NCBI RefSeq assembly: GCF_006345805.1
Contig: NC_043016.1
Location: 10,974,001-11,038,000, forward strand
Direction: 5' to 3'
Origin: Octopus sinensis
Taxonomy: Eukaryota
Length of the DNA: 64,000 nucleotides
In this document: positions 37,407 to 51,620 of the stretch, in pieces
How the letters are laid out: each line of letters begins with the position of its first letter
Numbering within the stretch: the stretch's first letter is position 1
Notes under the pieces: model-generated
The model's input: only the letters and a program-made list of their open reading frames with translations
Database searches by the model: none
What the model was told of the DNA's origin: nothing
Program-made: the position numbers and the translations under genes

Positions 37407-39240
37407 AATGCTTGCTATGTTATTAAAGACAGAACGAACACACACACACACACACACACACAAACAAAATCTAATGAATTTTCATTCATTATCTGCATGC
37501 ACTGAACTTGTTTACTGCTGAGTGCTGCAAGAAAGGAATGAGAATTGGTGTTGCGAATTCTAAGACATTGGTCCTTCTAAAAAAAAGTTTTCCCAGGGAA
37601 GTGTGTATGTCAGTGGAACATCACTGATACAAGTGGAGAAGTTTATGTGACATGGTGTTGCATTCATGGCGGCAAGCTAGCAGAAACGTTAGCACGCCGG
37701 GCGAAATGCTTAGCGGTATTTCGTCTGTTGTTACATTCTGAGTTCAAATTCCGCCGAGGTCGACTTTGCCTTTCATCCTTTCGGGGTCGATAAATAAAGT
37801 ACCAGTTTCACACTGGGGTCGATGTAATCGACTTAATCCCTTTGTCTGTCCTTGTTTGTCCCCTCTATGTTTAGCCCCTTGTGGGCAGTAAAGAAATATA
37901 TGGTGCCGCATTCACAAATGAGGAGAAGGCAGGAGGCTGAATTGGATGCTGGAAAAGCAGGTGATGACACTGGAATAGGCCAGATACTATAATCAATATT
38001 CAGAAGAGGAGAAATTGGTGAAAAAAAAAAATCCAAATTTGATACCCTCAATTTGGTTTCCATGCTTATCTTCATCTATGGTCATGAATGATGGGTAATC
38101 GATCCCGAAAGGATGAAAGACAAAGTTGATTTTGGCAGAATTTGAACTCAGAATGAAATACCGGCAGACGAAATACCAATAAGCATTTCTCCCGGCATTC
38201 TAACGTTTCTGCCAGCTTGCCACTTTAAATATTGAGTCATAAAAGGTAAGAGATAGACCTCTAAAACTTGAAAGAAAGAAGGCGAGTGAGAGTAATAATT
38301 AGCAGCTATCCAATCTCTCAATCAACTCCTAGGTCTCCTGCTCGTTAAAAAAAATCCATCTTGTAACTCTTTTTTGTGACATTCTAATCACACATGTCCG
38401 TAATACTGGAGCTGTGACCTCTCACTGCAGAGCAGTAATGGGTCAAACTGGAGAAATTCCTTGACCTCCAAGCTATATATCATGTAGAGAAACATAACTC
38501 TGGAGATCCTTTGGAAGAATGCTGTCTCAGCTACTTATATTTGTGATCATATTCTTTCAGTCATTACCCATCATTCATGACCCTAGATGAGGATAAACAT
38601 GGAAACCAAATTGAGGGTATCAAATTTGGATTTTTTTTTTCACCAATTCCTCCTCTTCTGAATATTGATTATAGTATCTGGCCTATTCCAGTGTCATCAC
38701 CTGCAAATTCCAGCATCTGATTCGGCCTCCTGCCTTCCCCTCATTTGTGAATGCAACACCATATATTTCTTTACTGCCCACAAGGGGCTAAACACAGAGA
38801 GGACAAACAAGGACAGACAAAGAGATTAAGTCGATTACATCGACCCCAGTGTGAAACTGGTACTTTATTTATCAACCCCGAAAGGATGAAAGGCAAAGTC
38901 GACCTCGGCGGAATTTGAACTCAGAACGTAACGACAGACGAAATACCGCTAAGCATTTCGCCCTAACGTTTCTGCCAGCTTGCCACCATGAATGCAACAC
39001 CATGTCACTTAAACTTCTCCACTTGTATCAGTGATGTTCCACTGACATACACACTTCCCTGGGGAAAACTTTTTTTAGAAGGACCAATGTCTTAGAATTC
39101 GCAACACCAATTCTCATTCCTTTCTTGCAGCACTCAGCAGTAAACAAGTTCAGTGCATGCAGATAATGAATGAAAATTCATTAGATTTTGTTTGTGTGTG
39201 TGTGTTCGTTCATTCTGTCTTTAATAACATAGCAAGCATT
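37407..39240. repeat. Large inverted duplication: arms 37407-38099 and 38563-39240
   Basis: Unique sequence plus an embedded SINE (TSD TGAATGCAACACCAT) is present in reverse complement at high identity; spacer ~460 bp. Confidence 0.95.
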
Positions 39241-39365
39241 CTTGTTTAAAAGGAAGGGATTTTCTGGCGTCCATGTTTATAATAATTATAAATATTCTTT
39301 ACATTTTGTTTGGTCTAATTCATGGTAAAAATGAAATTCTCATCTTGTGTGAATTTCCGCTGCAG

Positions 39366-39506
39366 GCAAATGAAATAAAACGCCAACATGGAGCTGTTAC
39401 CATTCTTGTGAACAATGCTGGATTATTGGCCCCGGGGAATTTTCTGGAAGTTGAAGACGAGAAAATTGAGCAGGTTTTCAAAGTTAACATATTGGCTCAT
39501 TTTAGG
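39366..39506 (+). CDS. DHRS3: SDR16C dehydrogenase/reductase (DHRS3-like), internal exon B
   Basis: tttccgctgcAG|GCAAAT...TTTAGG|GTAAGT; 141 nt, phase 0; ANEIKRQHGAVTILVNNAGLL...VFKVNILAHFR contains the SDR NNAG motif. Confidence 0.93.
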
Positions 39507-40490
39507 GTAAGTTTTGTTTTTATACTTTGACTATTTTCTATCAGTGGACAGTGACCTTGCTAGGTACCATCCTATAGTGACATAGCTAGAGTACCATTCT
39601 GACATATTTTATTTTACTTTTATTAGTCTAAAAGACAATTTCTTTTGAATAGAAGAACAAGGTTGCTATCAAATTATTTAATACAACTGCATGTTGCTGA
39701 TGTCATAAGAATCATGAGGTAGTGAGTCCAGTTCCCAGACGAGGCTGCATGTTGTGTTCTTGAGCAAGACACTTTATTTCACATTGCTCCAGTCCACTCA
39801 GCTGTAGAAATGAGTTGCAACATTATTGGTGCAAAGCTGTATCGGCCCCTTTGCCTTTCCTTTGGATAACATCAGTGGCATGGAAAGGAGAGGCTGATTT
39901 ACGTGCGTGCAACTGCTGGTCTTCCATGAAAAACCTTGCCCAGACTTGTGCCTCAGAGGGGAACTTTCTAGGTGCAATTTCTTTCTTCTCACAGTACATT
40001 ATTCAGTCTTGGTCAAAATATGAATTTCAAGTCAAGTTGGTTTATCTGAAGTGGCTGGAAACTTTTTCACAGCCATTTTTGTGGTCATTTTGCATCGTCC
40101 CTTCTCATTCAGAACCCCTTCTACAAAATATAATGATTCGGTATAGAAATGACTCCAACAGGGCCAATGTTTCATCAGCAAAAAAACACAATGCGAAACA
40201 TCCATTTATAAGTCAGCAATTAGTAGAAATTTCAAGTGGCCGAAGACTTTTGCATGGAACTGTATTTGCATTCAATAAAAAAGTAAATTGATCTCCCATC
40301 AGCATCAATGTCATATGTTCCAATTGTTCAATCAGAAAAAAAACTTCTTACTCGTTGAATTAGCATGGAGTATTCCACAGACATGGGTACTCTTAAGGTA
40401 ATCCATGAGTGGAATATTTGGGACATCACTGTCATCATCATCATCATCGTTGATGATGTCCGCTTTCCATGCTAGCATGGTTGGACGATT

Positions 40491-40768
40491 TGTGGTGTGT
40501 GCGAGAGATTCGAAATAAAGGCACCTACCTTCTCTTCACTCAGATGGAGACCCTTCAGCGGTAATGGATCCTTCAACACAGCCCGACCCGAATGCTAGAG
40601 ATAGCAGCTGCTTCACCCAACCTTAACAACGTGATCACCCGTCTTAACCCCTCGACGACCTGACTCGAAAAAGGCAGAATGCCCCGCTCACTGCGCACGC
40701 ATCACGGCTTCCCCTTCCGGTCAGCCCCAAGTTCCGGTCAGCTCCCCAGCTGCTGACGTCATCCCACA
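40491..40768. mobile_element. Solo LTR (278 bp) inserted into a SINE
   Basis: TGTGG...CCACA ends; 5-bp TSD CGATT (40486-40490 and 40769-40773); CpG-rich. Confidence 0.82.
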
Positions 40769-43099
40769 CGATTTGACTGAGGTCTAGCAAACCAGATGGC
40801 TGCACCAAAATCCAATCTTGATCTGGCAGAGTTTCTACAGCTGGATGCCCTTCCTAATGCCAACCACTCCAAGAGTGTAGTGGATGCTTTTACATGCCAC
40901 CGGCACAAGGGCCAGTCAGGTGGTACTGGCAATGGCCACTCTCAAATGGTGTTTTTTATGTGCCACCTGCACAGGAGCCAGTCCAGCGGCACTGGCAATG
41001 GCCTCACTCAAATGTTTTTTCACGTGTCACCGGCACAAGTGCCAGCAAGGCAACACTGGTAATGATCACGCTCGAATGTTGCTTTTTTACGTGCTACCAG
41101 CACGGAAGCCAGTCAGCTGCTCTGGCAACGATCATGCTCGGATGGTGCTCTATAGGAAACATATATTCTCCCCTATATGGAACATTGCATTTTTACTCAT
41201 TTACCTCTGAAAGGACTGAAGTGGCTTGAAATGAAGTGTTTTGCTCAAGAACACAACACACTGCTGGTGTGGGAATTGATAACATGATATTACAACCACG
41301 AGTGCCGAACTCTAACCACTAAGCCATATGCTTTCACCAATGTGAAGTGTGACTTAGCATGGCCTTTTGAAGAATAAGTAAAAATCATCGGACAACTCCC
41401 ACTGTTTCCATTTACTGAATTTTTCTTTCAAGACTTAATTTGACCTGGGGTCTATGATAAAAGGTACTTGCCATAGTTATCACACTGTGGAATTGAACCC
41501 AAAATTTCATGATCGTAAAATGAAGTTCTTACCTACTTGGCTTTGCCTGTGCTTTGTCTATGTTTACACACACAAGCACATGTGCATACATCAGGCATAC
41601 ATACGTCAGGCATACATACAAACACACAATCACACACATATGTCTAATACATACATTAAATGTACATGTACTCACATGCATCAAACATGCACACATGTAT
41701 CAGACACATATGCACACATGTCTAACTCATGCTTTAAACACATGCATACACACACATGAAACACAAATGCATACATCCAGCATGCACACACAAACATCCA
41801 ACATGAATGGCGAGCTGGCAGAAACGTTAGCACGCCGGGCAAAATGCTTAGTGGTATTTTGTCTGCCATTATGTTCTAAGTTCAAATTCTGCCGAGGTTG
41901 ACTTTGCCTTTCATCTTTATGGGGGTCGATAAATTAAGTACCAGTTACACACTGGGGTCAATGTAATCGACTTAATCACTTTGTCTGTCCTTGTTTGTCC
42001 CCTCTATGTTTAGCCCCTTGTGGGCAATAAAGAAATAACAAATATCCAACATGCAGATACAAACATCCAACATGCACACATTCATCAAACACAAACATAC
42101 AAAACACAGAAAGCGCACACATATACACCAGAATTACCACACTCTGCTACCCATACACATACCCAAGGATTGAACTCTCTTCCCTGTTGCCTTCTTTCTT
42201 TAGAACTTCTTTCTTTAGATTATCTCCCTCGGTATCTGCTCTTTGCTCTCAAGGTTTGAGACCTTCTTCATTTTTACTCAAACATTCTCATTTTCAAATG
42301 GAACAAAAATCTGCTGAAATTTTTGGTCAGAAGCTCCCCTTCTCATCTACCCGCATTTGTTCCTGTATGTTTATTCCCTTTAATCTGGCCCAAGAGTTCT
42401 ACCTTGTTTTATGTTTAAACTGGACAGACCTGGCCTCTCACACCTACCCTACAATGTCGTTCCAAAGAAAAGCAATTACACCATTGAAATCTCACAGTTA
42501 CAGGATAATGCATGATTAATACAAAACAATGTGAATAAATAAATAAGCATTACATTTGACAGAATAATCTGAATGGTGAAGGGTTGACCCAATAGCATTT
42601 AACCCAGCCATGTCCAGTCCAAATATTCTACCTGATTTATGTTCAAACTGCTCGTATCTAGCCTCTCTACCTGTTTTGGGTTTAAACTGACCAGTTTTAA
42701 CCACTCACACCTATCCTACAATGTCATTCTAAAAATAAACAATCAGATTGGTGGTGCCCCAACATGGCCACAGCCTTAGGACTGAAACATATAAAAGTAA
42801 GTAAAAGAAAGATAATTGAAAGCTTAAAGCTATAATGATGATGATCATCATCATCATTCAACGTCCGCTTTCCATGCTAGCATGGGTTGGACGATTTTGA
42901 CTGAGGGCTGGCGAACCAGATGGTTGCACCAGGCTCCAATCTTGATCTGGCAGAGTTTCTACAGCTGGATGCCCTTCCTAACACCAACCGCTCGAGAGTG
43001 TAGTCCACTCCAAGAGTGTAATATGAATTTTAATTCAAAACAATCTATCTATCTATGTCATCCCTCTGGCCGCCTCGGTGCTGTTTTCGCACATTTTCT

Positions 43100-43420
43100 C
43101 CACTCATAATGGTCCTCAGCTCCTGTACCCCTTCCATACCCGTATCGTCCAGGAAGTTGTCGATATAGGTCGTCTTCTACTTTCCTCTCTTGGTTCTTCC
43201 TTCTGTTGGTTGCCAGAGCACTAGCTTGTTAGCAATTCCATCGGTGTGTCTGATGCAGTGTCCAGCTAGCCTCATCCTTCAATGCTGTTCCTTCAATCTT
43301 ACTTTTGGTAGTCCCTGGTATAAGCCAGCATTTGTTGTATGACTCTTCAAGGAGACACTGAGTACCATTCTAAGCATCCTCGTATAACAACCGTCCAACA
43401 GCTTCTTCAAAGCTTAAGTG
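43100..43420 (-). mobile_element. RTE-type LINE 3' fragment
   Basis: Minus strand reads RLAGHCIRH...KLVLWQPTEGRTKRGK...TYIDNFLDDTG. Confidence 0.7.
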
Positions 43421-44137
43421 ATTTAATAGGCATTACATTTGACAGAATAATCTGAATGCTGAAGGATTAAATTTTCCTCTGTGTCCCTCCCCACTCCTGA
43501 TCCCAAATTCTTCCTTTTATCTTTCATACAACAGTCATAACCAACTCCGCTAAGCTAGATAACAGCAACCTTCCCCTTAAATCACATTTTACTGTCTTAA
43601 AAAAAAAAAGGAAGGACATTTTGAATAATTTAATCCAAATCCAGTATATGACAATCTTCTACGTCTTACTTGTTTTAGTCATTGGACTACGGCCATGCTG
43701 GGGCACCACCTTGAAGGGTTTAGTCAAATGATTTGACCCCAGTGCCTTTATGTTTAAGCTTGGTTCTTATTCTATCGGTTTCCTTTTTGCCAAACCATTA
43801 AGTTACAGGGATGCAAATAATGCAATACCAACTGTCAAGCAGTGGAGGATGGGGAAACACACACACACACACACACGTACACACGCATACATACGCATGC
43901 ACACATACGCATGCACATGCACACACACATACATATATTTGACAGTCTTCCATACAGTTTCCGTCTACCAAATTCATTAACAAAGTTTTGGTCAGCCTAG
44001 GGCCTTAGTGGGAGACATTTTCCCAAGGTACATTGGAGTGGGATTGAACCTGATACTCTGTGGTTGCAAAGCAAGCTTCTTAGCCACACAGCCATGCCCT
44101 GCATCTATATGAAAATAAACAATAAAAAGTAGTAGTA

Positions 44138-44171
<34 letters not shown>

Positions 44172-44176
<5 letters not shown>

Positions 44177-44718
44177 GCCCTGAAGCAGTACCAGGCTGTG
44201 GCTCTCATGGCTTCTGATCTTAACCAATTGGAAGTGTTATTATGTACATTGTTTTGTGTTGGTATAAAAGATGGGCTACAGAAAATATTCTGCTCAATAC
44301 CATAAATTAGCTTATCAGTTGTTTGACCATAACCAGTTAAGCATGTCCTTTGGTGGCTGATGATATGTGCATCTCTGATCACGAGCAGAAGTAGTGGGAG
44401 AACATCATAGACATGTGTTGAGAGGAATTCTTTGGGGGTTTGAATAATTCACCTGTGGAAATGTGAGTGTTTTGTTCAACATCCTTAAACAACCCTTATT
44501 CAGGAACCTTTTGAGCAGGATGGGCTACTCGACCTGAAGAAAATTCTAACTGGGTTCCGCTTGATATGTGATCACCATGTCGCACACACATGGATGTGAT
44601 GAACGTACCTTGTGTACCCTTATCAGACTGGTAGCCATGCTGGGTATACTGGGCTTCGTATATTTTACCTCAATGTCACTTTGATGGCATGCACTGCTCT
44701 CTCACTCAATTATAATAA
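44172..44718 (+). mobile_element. (AAT)n-associated interspersed repeat, probably SINE-like
   Basis: Ends CACTGCTCTCTCACTCAAT(AAT)n; further copies at 46213-46680 and 47020-47190. Confidence 0.7.
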
Positions 44719-44719
44719 T

Positions 44720-45460
44720 ACTTTCTTTTATTGGCCACAAGGGCCGAACACAAAAAAATCGGGAAAATACAATACCAGAAACAAGTGGGATGTAGAACAA
44801 TGCTGTGTATACAATAAGTAACAAAAAAGAAAACAAATAACAAAATATTTAAACAATAAAAATTCCCCAAAAGTGGGGGATTTCCTCACTGGGGCAACCG
44901 CAGAACCCCACACAACCTAGTTATCTCGGCCACTAGGTGCACTTCAGCAGGCACCTCTCTCCTTAATTCCTCTGGTTTACAAATGAAAGTTCAGAGCAGG
45001 CCCATTCACACAGGCCATCCTCACAACATACACCCACCTTTCAACAAATTTAGTGGGGAGCCGAACTTCCTTCTCCACCCTCATATTCCTTTTCAAGTGT
45101 AACTTGCAAAAGTCGAAGAGGGTTTGGCTGAAGAGGAAAGTATCTGTCTTCAGTCCTTTCGGTCTTATCCACCACACTACCTCCAGTGGAGAACTGCCTT
45201 TCCTTCCTGGCCAAAGGAAGGTGGCGGGGCGATCTTCATGATTGATCCAGCTGATTACCGGATCCATCTTACACATGACAACAGCTGTCTGACAAAGATC
45301 CACAAGTCAGTAATGCACAGACACTGGATGAGTGTGTGCAGGACAGTTTCATTGCCCTGCGCACACCTCAGACAAGTCCATCTGTCAGTACTTCCATGTC
45401 TGTAGAACTTGTTTCAAACTGGCAGAGCTCTCTGGTAGCACCGCTAGGCCAGGTAGGAAA
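44720..45460 (-). mobile_element. Tx1/L1-like LINE 3' end
   Basis: VVWWIR...HLKRNMRVEKEVRLPTKFVERWV, followed by a T-rich 3' UTR and an A-rich tail. Confidence 0.65.
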
Positions 45461-45536
45461 ACAAACCACCACCGGCACTAGAAAACGACTACATTTCACT
45501 CCTTTGGAACGTCATCGTTCAAAATGGCAGCAAGAC

Positions 45537-46176
45537 AGATGCAAATATGCCAGGCATTATATTGAAGGACTTCAGACAAAAATTATGCCTCCTCATCAAT
45601 ATGACTGCCCCAATTGCCATAAATGTATCTGTCAAAACCTACAAAAAACTGAGCAAGTATAAAGATCTTAAAGGATAGAAATTGGCAAAATGGGAATCCT
45701 CAAAACTAAAATAACACCTGTTGTCATAGGTGCCCGAGGAATGATAGGAAAAGGGGCCGATCATTATCTAGCTCAGATACCAGGAAATCCAAAAATGTAA
45801 GAAATTCAAAAAGTGGTGCTAATGGGAATTGTCCATTTCCTACATAAAATATTATTTATGTAATCCCCAAAATATTTTAATCCATAAACAGTGTCAAAAT
45901 ACTTTTAAATGTACATAACAACAAATACCTTTTACTGTCATCTTAACATCAGACTATCATCTTATAAACAAATTACTTTTAGAACAAACTCATAATTTTC
46001 TTATGTTTTCTTAAACATTCTCTAGAACAATACTCTGTGCAAAACCAAAAATATGGCACCCTAGTCATAACACTAACTCGAACTTCTAATATGTTGTCTC
46101 TTGAGGTCTCTGGCTGAGACTTGCAGTCAACTTGCACAAATACAAAGCAAAAGTCAAACATACAATAATAATAATG

Positions 46177-46210
<34 letters not shown>
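45537..46210 (+). mobile_element. Dong/R4-like LINE 3' fragment (restriction-like endonuclease) ending in (AAT)n
   Basis: NMPGIILKD...CLLINMTAP...KLSKYKDL.IEIGKM...PVVIGARG matches the RPD...K..KY..L RLE domain. Confidence 0.8.
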
Positions 46211-46211
<1 letters not shown>

Positions 46212-46673
46212 TTTGTCTTGGTATAAAAGATGGGCAAATATTCTGCTCAATACCACAGATTTGCTTGTCAGTTGTTTGACCTTAACCAGTTGAGCATGTC
46301 CCTTAGTGGCTGACGATATGTGCATCTCTGATCATGAGCAGAAGTAGTGGGGGAGCATCATAGCCATGTGTTGAGAGGGATTCTTTGGGGTTTGAATAAG
46401 TCACCTCTGGAAACATGGGTGTTTCATTCAACATCTTTAAACAACCCTTATTCAGGGACCTTTTGAGTGGGATGGGCTACTCGACCAGAAGAAAATTCTA
46501 ACTGGGCCCCGCCTGCAAGGTCATGTGCTGTTTATCTTGATATGAGATCACCATGTCGCGCACATATGGTTGTGATGCATGTGCCTTATCAGGCGGGTAG
46601 TCATTATGGGTATAATGGGCTTCATATATTTTACCCCAGTGTCACTTTGATGGCATGCACTGCTCTCTCACTC

Positions 46674-46720
<47 letters not shown>

Positions 46721-47440
46721 CAACAGTAACAATAATAACAAAAATAATAATAATAATGATAACAACAACAACAATAATAATAATGATAATAATTTCTTTC
46801 TTTATTGCCCACAAGGGGATAAACATAGAGGGGACAAACAAGGGCAGACAAAGGGATTAAGACAATAACAATGATCCCAGTGCGTAACTGTTACTTAATT
46901 TAATCAACCCTGAAAGGATGAAAGGCAGAGTTAACCTCGGTGGAATTTGAACTCAGTAATAATAATAATAAGAAGAAGAAGAAGGAGAAGATGAAGAAGA
47001 AGAAGAAGAAGAAGAAGAAGATGCTGTTTATCTTGATATAAAATCACCATGTTATGCACATAGGGTTGTGATGCATGTGCCTGATGTACCCTTATTAGAT
47101 GGGTAGTCATAATGGTTATATTGGGCTTCATATATTTGTACCCCAGTGTCACATTGATGGCATGTGCTGCTCTGTCACTCAATAATAAGACAGGATGGTC
47201 GCAACTGGAATGTCTTTCATTACATATTTGGTCAATCAGAGTTAACCTAATACAGTCACTCCTAACATAGGCGTAGGAGTGGCTATGTGGTAAGTAGCTT
47301 GTTTACCAACCACATGGTTCCGGGTTCAGTCCCACTGCATGGCACCTTGGGCAAGTGTCTTCTACTATAGCCTCGGGCCGACCAAAGCGTTTTGAGTGGA
47401 TTTGGTAGACGGAAACTGAAAGAAGCCTGTCGTATATACG

Positions 47441-47491
<51 letters not shown>

Positions 47492-48014
47492 GCGTGTGTG
47501 GTGTTTGTGTGTCTGTGTTTGTCCCCCTACCATTGCTTGACAACCGATGCTGGTGTGCTTATGTCCCCGTCACTTAGCGGTTCGGCAAAAGAGACCGATA
47601 GAATAAGTACTGGCTTACAAAAGAATAAGTCCCGGGGTCGGTGTTGCTCGATTAAAGGCGGTGCTCCAGCATGGCCACAGTCAAATGACTGAAACAAGTA
47701 AAAGAAAGATAGAAAGATAATGCGGAGCGACAATATTTATGGCTGATGTTAAACATGAAAAATCAAATAGAACGAAATAAATAACTAAAAACAAACACAA
47801 AGATAACAAAACTGACCTTTAAATTTCCCAAGTGTTTTCGCCTGAGTAGTAAACAAACAATTTTTCAGTTTTCTCAAGATTTAAATAAAACTTTTTATAA
47901 TCCAATGAGTATGAATCCACTTAAGATGACATCCAGACATGTTTCCAGGAAAAATCTTGCTTGTGATGCACTTGGTATCTAAATAATAGCGTGTAGCTTA
48001 AACTAAGTTTTTTT

Positions 48015-48430
48015 TTTTTTGTGTGTGTGTTGGCTGCTGTTGAGAGCTTGGGTATTCTCGGGGCCCCGAACTGCCAGTTTCCTCCACAAAACCAGGATAA
48101 CTATAACCTGTCTGAGAAATGTGCCCCCGCAAGGTGGAGCGGCTGTCGCAGAGAGCGTTGCTGGTCATTCTCCATGGCAACGCTTTTGCAATCATGTCCA
48201 CAGAGCGCAACTGAATACACCATTTTTACTCCTCCCCACCCCATATTCTGCTGATTAATTCCCCCTAACCCACCCCACCCTGATTTTTTCTTTTTGTCTT
48301 TTTCTTTGTTGCCTTTGTGTGCTCGTTATAGGTTTTCTTTTTCTCGCTAATTTAATCTGTTTTGCCTTTAATGTTTTCTTCGTTCTTTTCTTCCTGTAAA
48401 AATATGTCGTTAATAAAATGTAATTAAAAA
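48015..48430 (+). mobile_element. CRE-like non-LTR 3' fragment
   Basis: Frameshifted AVESLG...FLHK...SQRALLVILHGNAFAIM, matching AVETLG...QRLSVAIQRGNA; 3' UTR with AATAAA. Confidence 0.7.
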
Positions 48431-49043
48431 GGAAACGAAGTTATTACACAAGCCATCACCATACTACAGGGAATTCTCATCATGGTCACAGTTCAATAGT
48501 TACAATCATCATCATCATCGTTTAACGTCCATTCTCCATGCTAGCATGGGTTGGACGGTTCGACCGGGGATCTGGGAAGCCAGAAGGCTGCACCAGGCTC
48601 CAGTCTTATCTGGCAATGTTTCTACAGCTGGATGCCCTTCCTAACGCCAACCACTCCGTGAGTGTAGTGGGTGCTTTTTATGTGCCACCTGCACAGGTGC
48701 CAGGCGAGGCTGGCAACAGCCACGGTTAGATTGGTGCATTTTACGTGCCACCGGCACGGAAGCCAGTCGAGGTGGCACTGGCATCGGCCACAATTCGGAT
48801 GGTGCTTTTTATCTGCCACCGGCACGGAAGCCAGTCGAGGCGGTGCTGGCATCGGCCACGATTCGGATAGGGCTTTTTACGTATCTCTAGTCCAGGGGTC
48901 CTGGCATCTGCCGGGTGCCAGTCATAGGATTGGTTCAATTTCGATTCCGATTTCGATTTCACTTGCCCCAACAGGTCTTCACAAGCAAAGGGGGTTGGCA
49001 TGGGTGCCTGTCGTCGGATGAGGTTCGATATCGACTTCGCTTA

Positions 49044-49219
49044 CCTCAACAGGTCTTTGTGTGTCCAAGGGAGGAAAGGTATGCATAAGTGGGCTGGACT
49101 CACTTGTCCTGCCTGGTCTTCTCACGTACAGCATATTTCCAGAAGACCAGGCAGGACAAGTGAGTCCAGCCCACTTATGCATGCCTTTCCTCCCTTGGAC
49201 ACACAAAGACCTGTTGAGG
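49044..49219. repeat. 79-bp-arm hairpin with an 18-nt loop at the end of a SINE-like element
   Basis: 49044-49122 versus 49141-49219; one mismatch seen. Confidence 0.95.
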
Positions 49220-49369
49220 CAATATAATAATTATTTCATAGACATGACTGTGTGGTAAGAATCTTGCTTCCCAACCATGTCAACTTGGGTGAGTATCTTC
49301 CACTATAGCACCAAGCTGATCAAAGCCTTGTGAGTAGATTTATTAGACAGAAACTGAAAGAAGCCCATA

Positions 49370-49400
<31 letters not shown>

Positions 49401-49408
49401 TACATATA

Positions 49409-49507
<99 letters not shown>

Positions 49508-50039
49508 TTTATAAATTTTCTTTTATTCTTTTACATGTTTCAGTCATTTGACTGTAGCCATGCTGGAGCACTGCCTTAAAGGGTTTTAGTCGAAGAAATC
49601 GATCCCAGGACTTATTCTTTGTAAGCCTAGTACTTATTCTATTGGGTCTCTTTGCCAAACTACTAAGTTACAGGGATATAAACACACCAACATCGGTTGT
49701 CAAGCAATTGTGGCGGGGGACAAACACAGACACAAACATAGGCACATAAATATATATGCATCTATATAAAGCAAATATGTAACAAGGTTGTCCAGGTATC
49801 AGTGCATTACAGTCATTTCAAGGCCATTCAAGAATTTGAACCTGGAGATCTCCATTTCCAGTGACTTCAAGGACCACCTCCCAGTGGTGTCAGGTGTCAA
49901 CGAAGAGCCCTTGACTACAAGATGACCAAAGTTTTTTTTTTCCAAGGTCTGGGGTCTTCTGCCCCTAAGCCCGAGACCATCACCTAATCACCCTTACCCG
50001 TCTTGTTGCTTAGCAACAACAACAACAGCCATTTCAAGT

Positions 50040-50235
50040 GGTTCCATTTAATGGATCAGTGCAAATATTATCACTTTGATCACCTTGACTGACCAGTCTG
50101 TCAGGCGTCCATTTGACACCGCTGGTCACAGCATGCTGTCCACTCCTCCCTGGATCGTGCCTTTCTCATCCACGTGATCCCAATCGTCCTCTTGAAATGA
50201 TCACTCCACTGTCGTGGAGGTCTTCCGGGTGGTCT
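50040..50235 (-). mobile_element. RTE LINE extreme 3' fragment
   Basis: RPPGRPPRQWSDHFKRTIGITWMRKARSREEW. Confidence 0.7.
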
Positions 50236-51557
50236 TATATCAATTTGAAATAAACCTCTCTCCTCGGACACATAACACCGTATAGATTTCCAACATACAG
50301 GATACTCCATTATAATTTTTTTTAGCAAATTTTTCATCAGAACTAGAGAATAAAAGAATTACATGCTTATTGCTATTATTGTAGCAGAATTAATTTAGGG
50401 AAAAAATTACCTAAATCCTTCTATAACTTAGAGCTGCAGAAGAAAATAATGGGGGTCAAGAAAGAAGAATGGTGATATGGCTACATTCATCTTTATCTTT
50501 CTCACATTCAAAGGACCCAATGCAGCAAGTAGTCTACATCCCCTTAGAATTAAAACCATTGGGAATTGACAGTTAAGTTCTTGTTGTTGGTGATAAATTA
50601 ATTAATGTCAGATTCTCTTCACTACTCCTATTTTACTGTGACCATAAAATCAGCCATCATCATCATCATTTAGCGTCCGTTTTCCATGCTAGCATGGGTT
50701 GGATGGTTCAACTGGGGTCTGTGAAGCCAGAAGGCTGCATCAGGCCCAGTCTGATCTGGCAGGGTTTCAATGGCTGGATGCCCTTCCTAATGCCAACCAC
50801 TCCGCGAGTGTAGTGGGTGCTTTTTACGTGCCACCCGCACAGGAGCCAGACGGAGCTGGCAAATGCCACGAACGGAAGGTGCTTTTACGTGCCACCGGCA
50901 CGGGGGCCAGGCGAGACTGGCAATGGCCACGAACGGATGGTGCTTTTTACGTATCTACATATCTACATAAAAGAATATGTCTTAGAAGATGCTAGCAACA
51001 TAATAATATATAGATACGGGGTGATAACCAGAAAGAGGAAGGGCAAGGGTAACTTAACTTATTATGATTATCAACTAAAAGGGGCCGAAAATGGAAAAGA
51101 AAGGGGGTCACAATGAGATCTAAGTGTGGAAATTAGAAGTACAGGGGTAGGTGGGATGTGCATCCAAACTTAGCAAAATTTATATATTAAGATATATTAA
51201 ATATTAAAAGATTTAAGGACCATGTAAGAGAAAAGGGATAGATAAATCAACCTAAGCCATAAAAGTGGGGGCTTTTATATAAAATAGAAACCTCATAATG
51301 TTTCTTCCTAGCATAATGTTAAGGTGGTCATGATAAAACTATTCAACCCATAATTAAATTCAGATATCATCTGAGTAGGGGTATACATTTTCTATTGAAT
51401 CAAGACCAAAGATTAAGGGCCTAAAAAATAAGATAAACATTTCTATAACATTTCTATAACCTATTTAAAAACCATGGGAAAATATATTTATTTAAAAATT
51501 ACCGACATTATGAAAAAATCTGAAAGGGATAAGAAGGTATGAAATATACATAAAAAT

Positions 51558-51617
<60 letters not shown>

Positions 51618-51620
51618 TAT

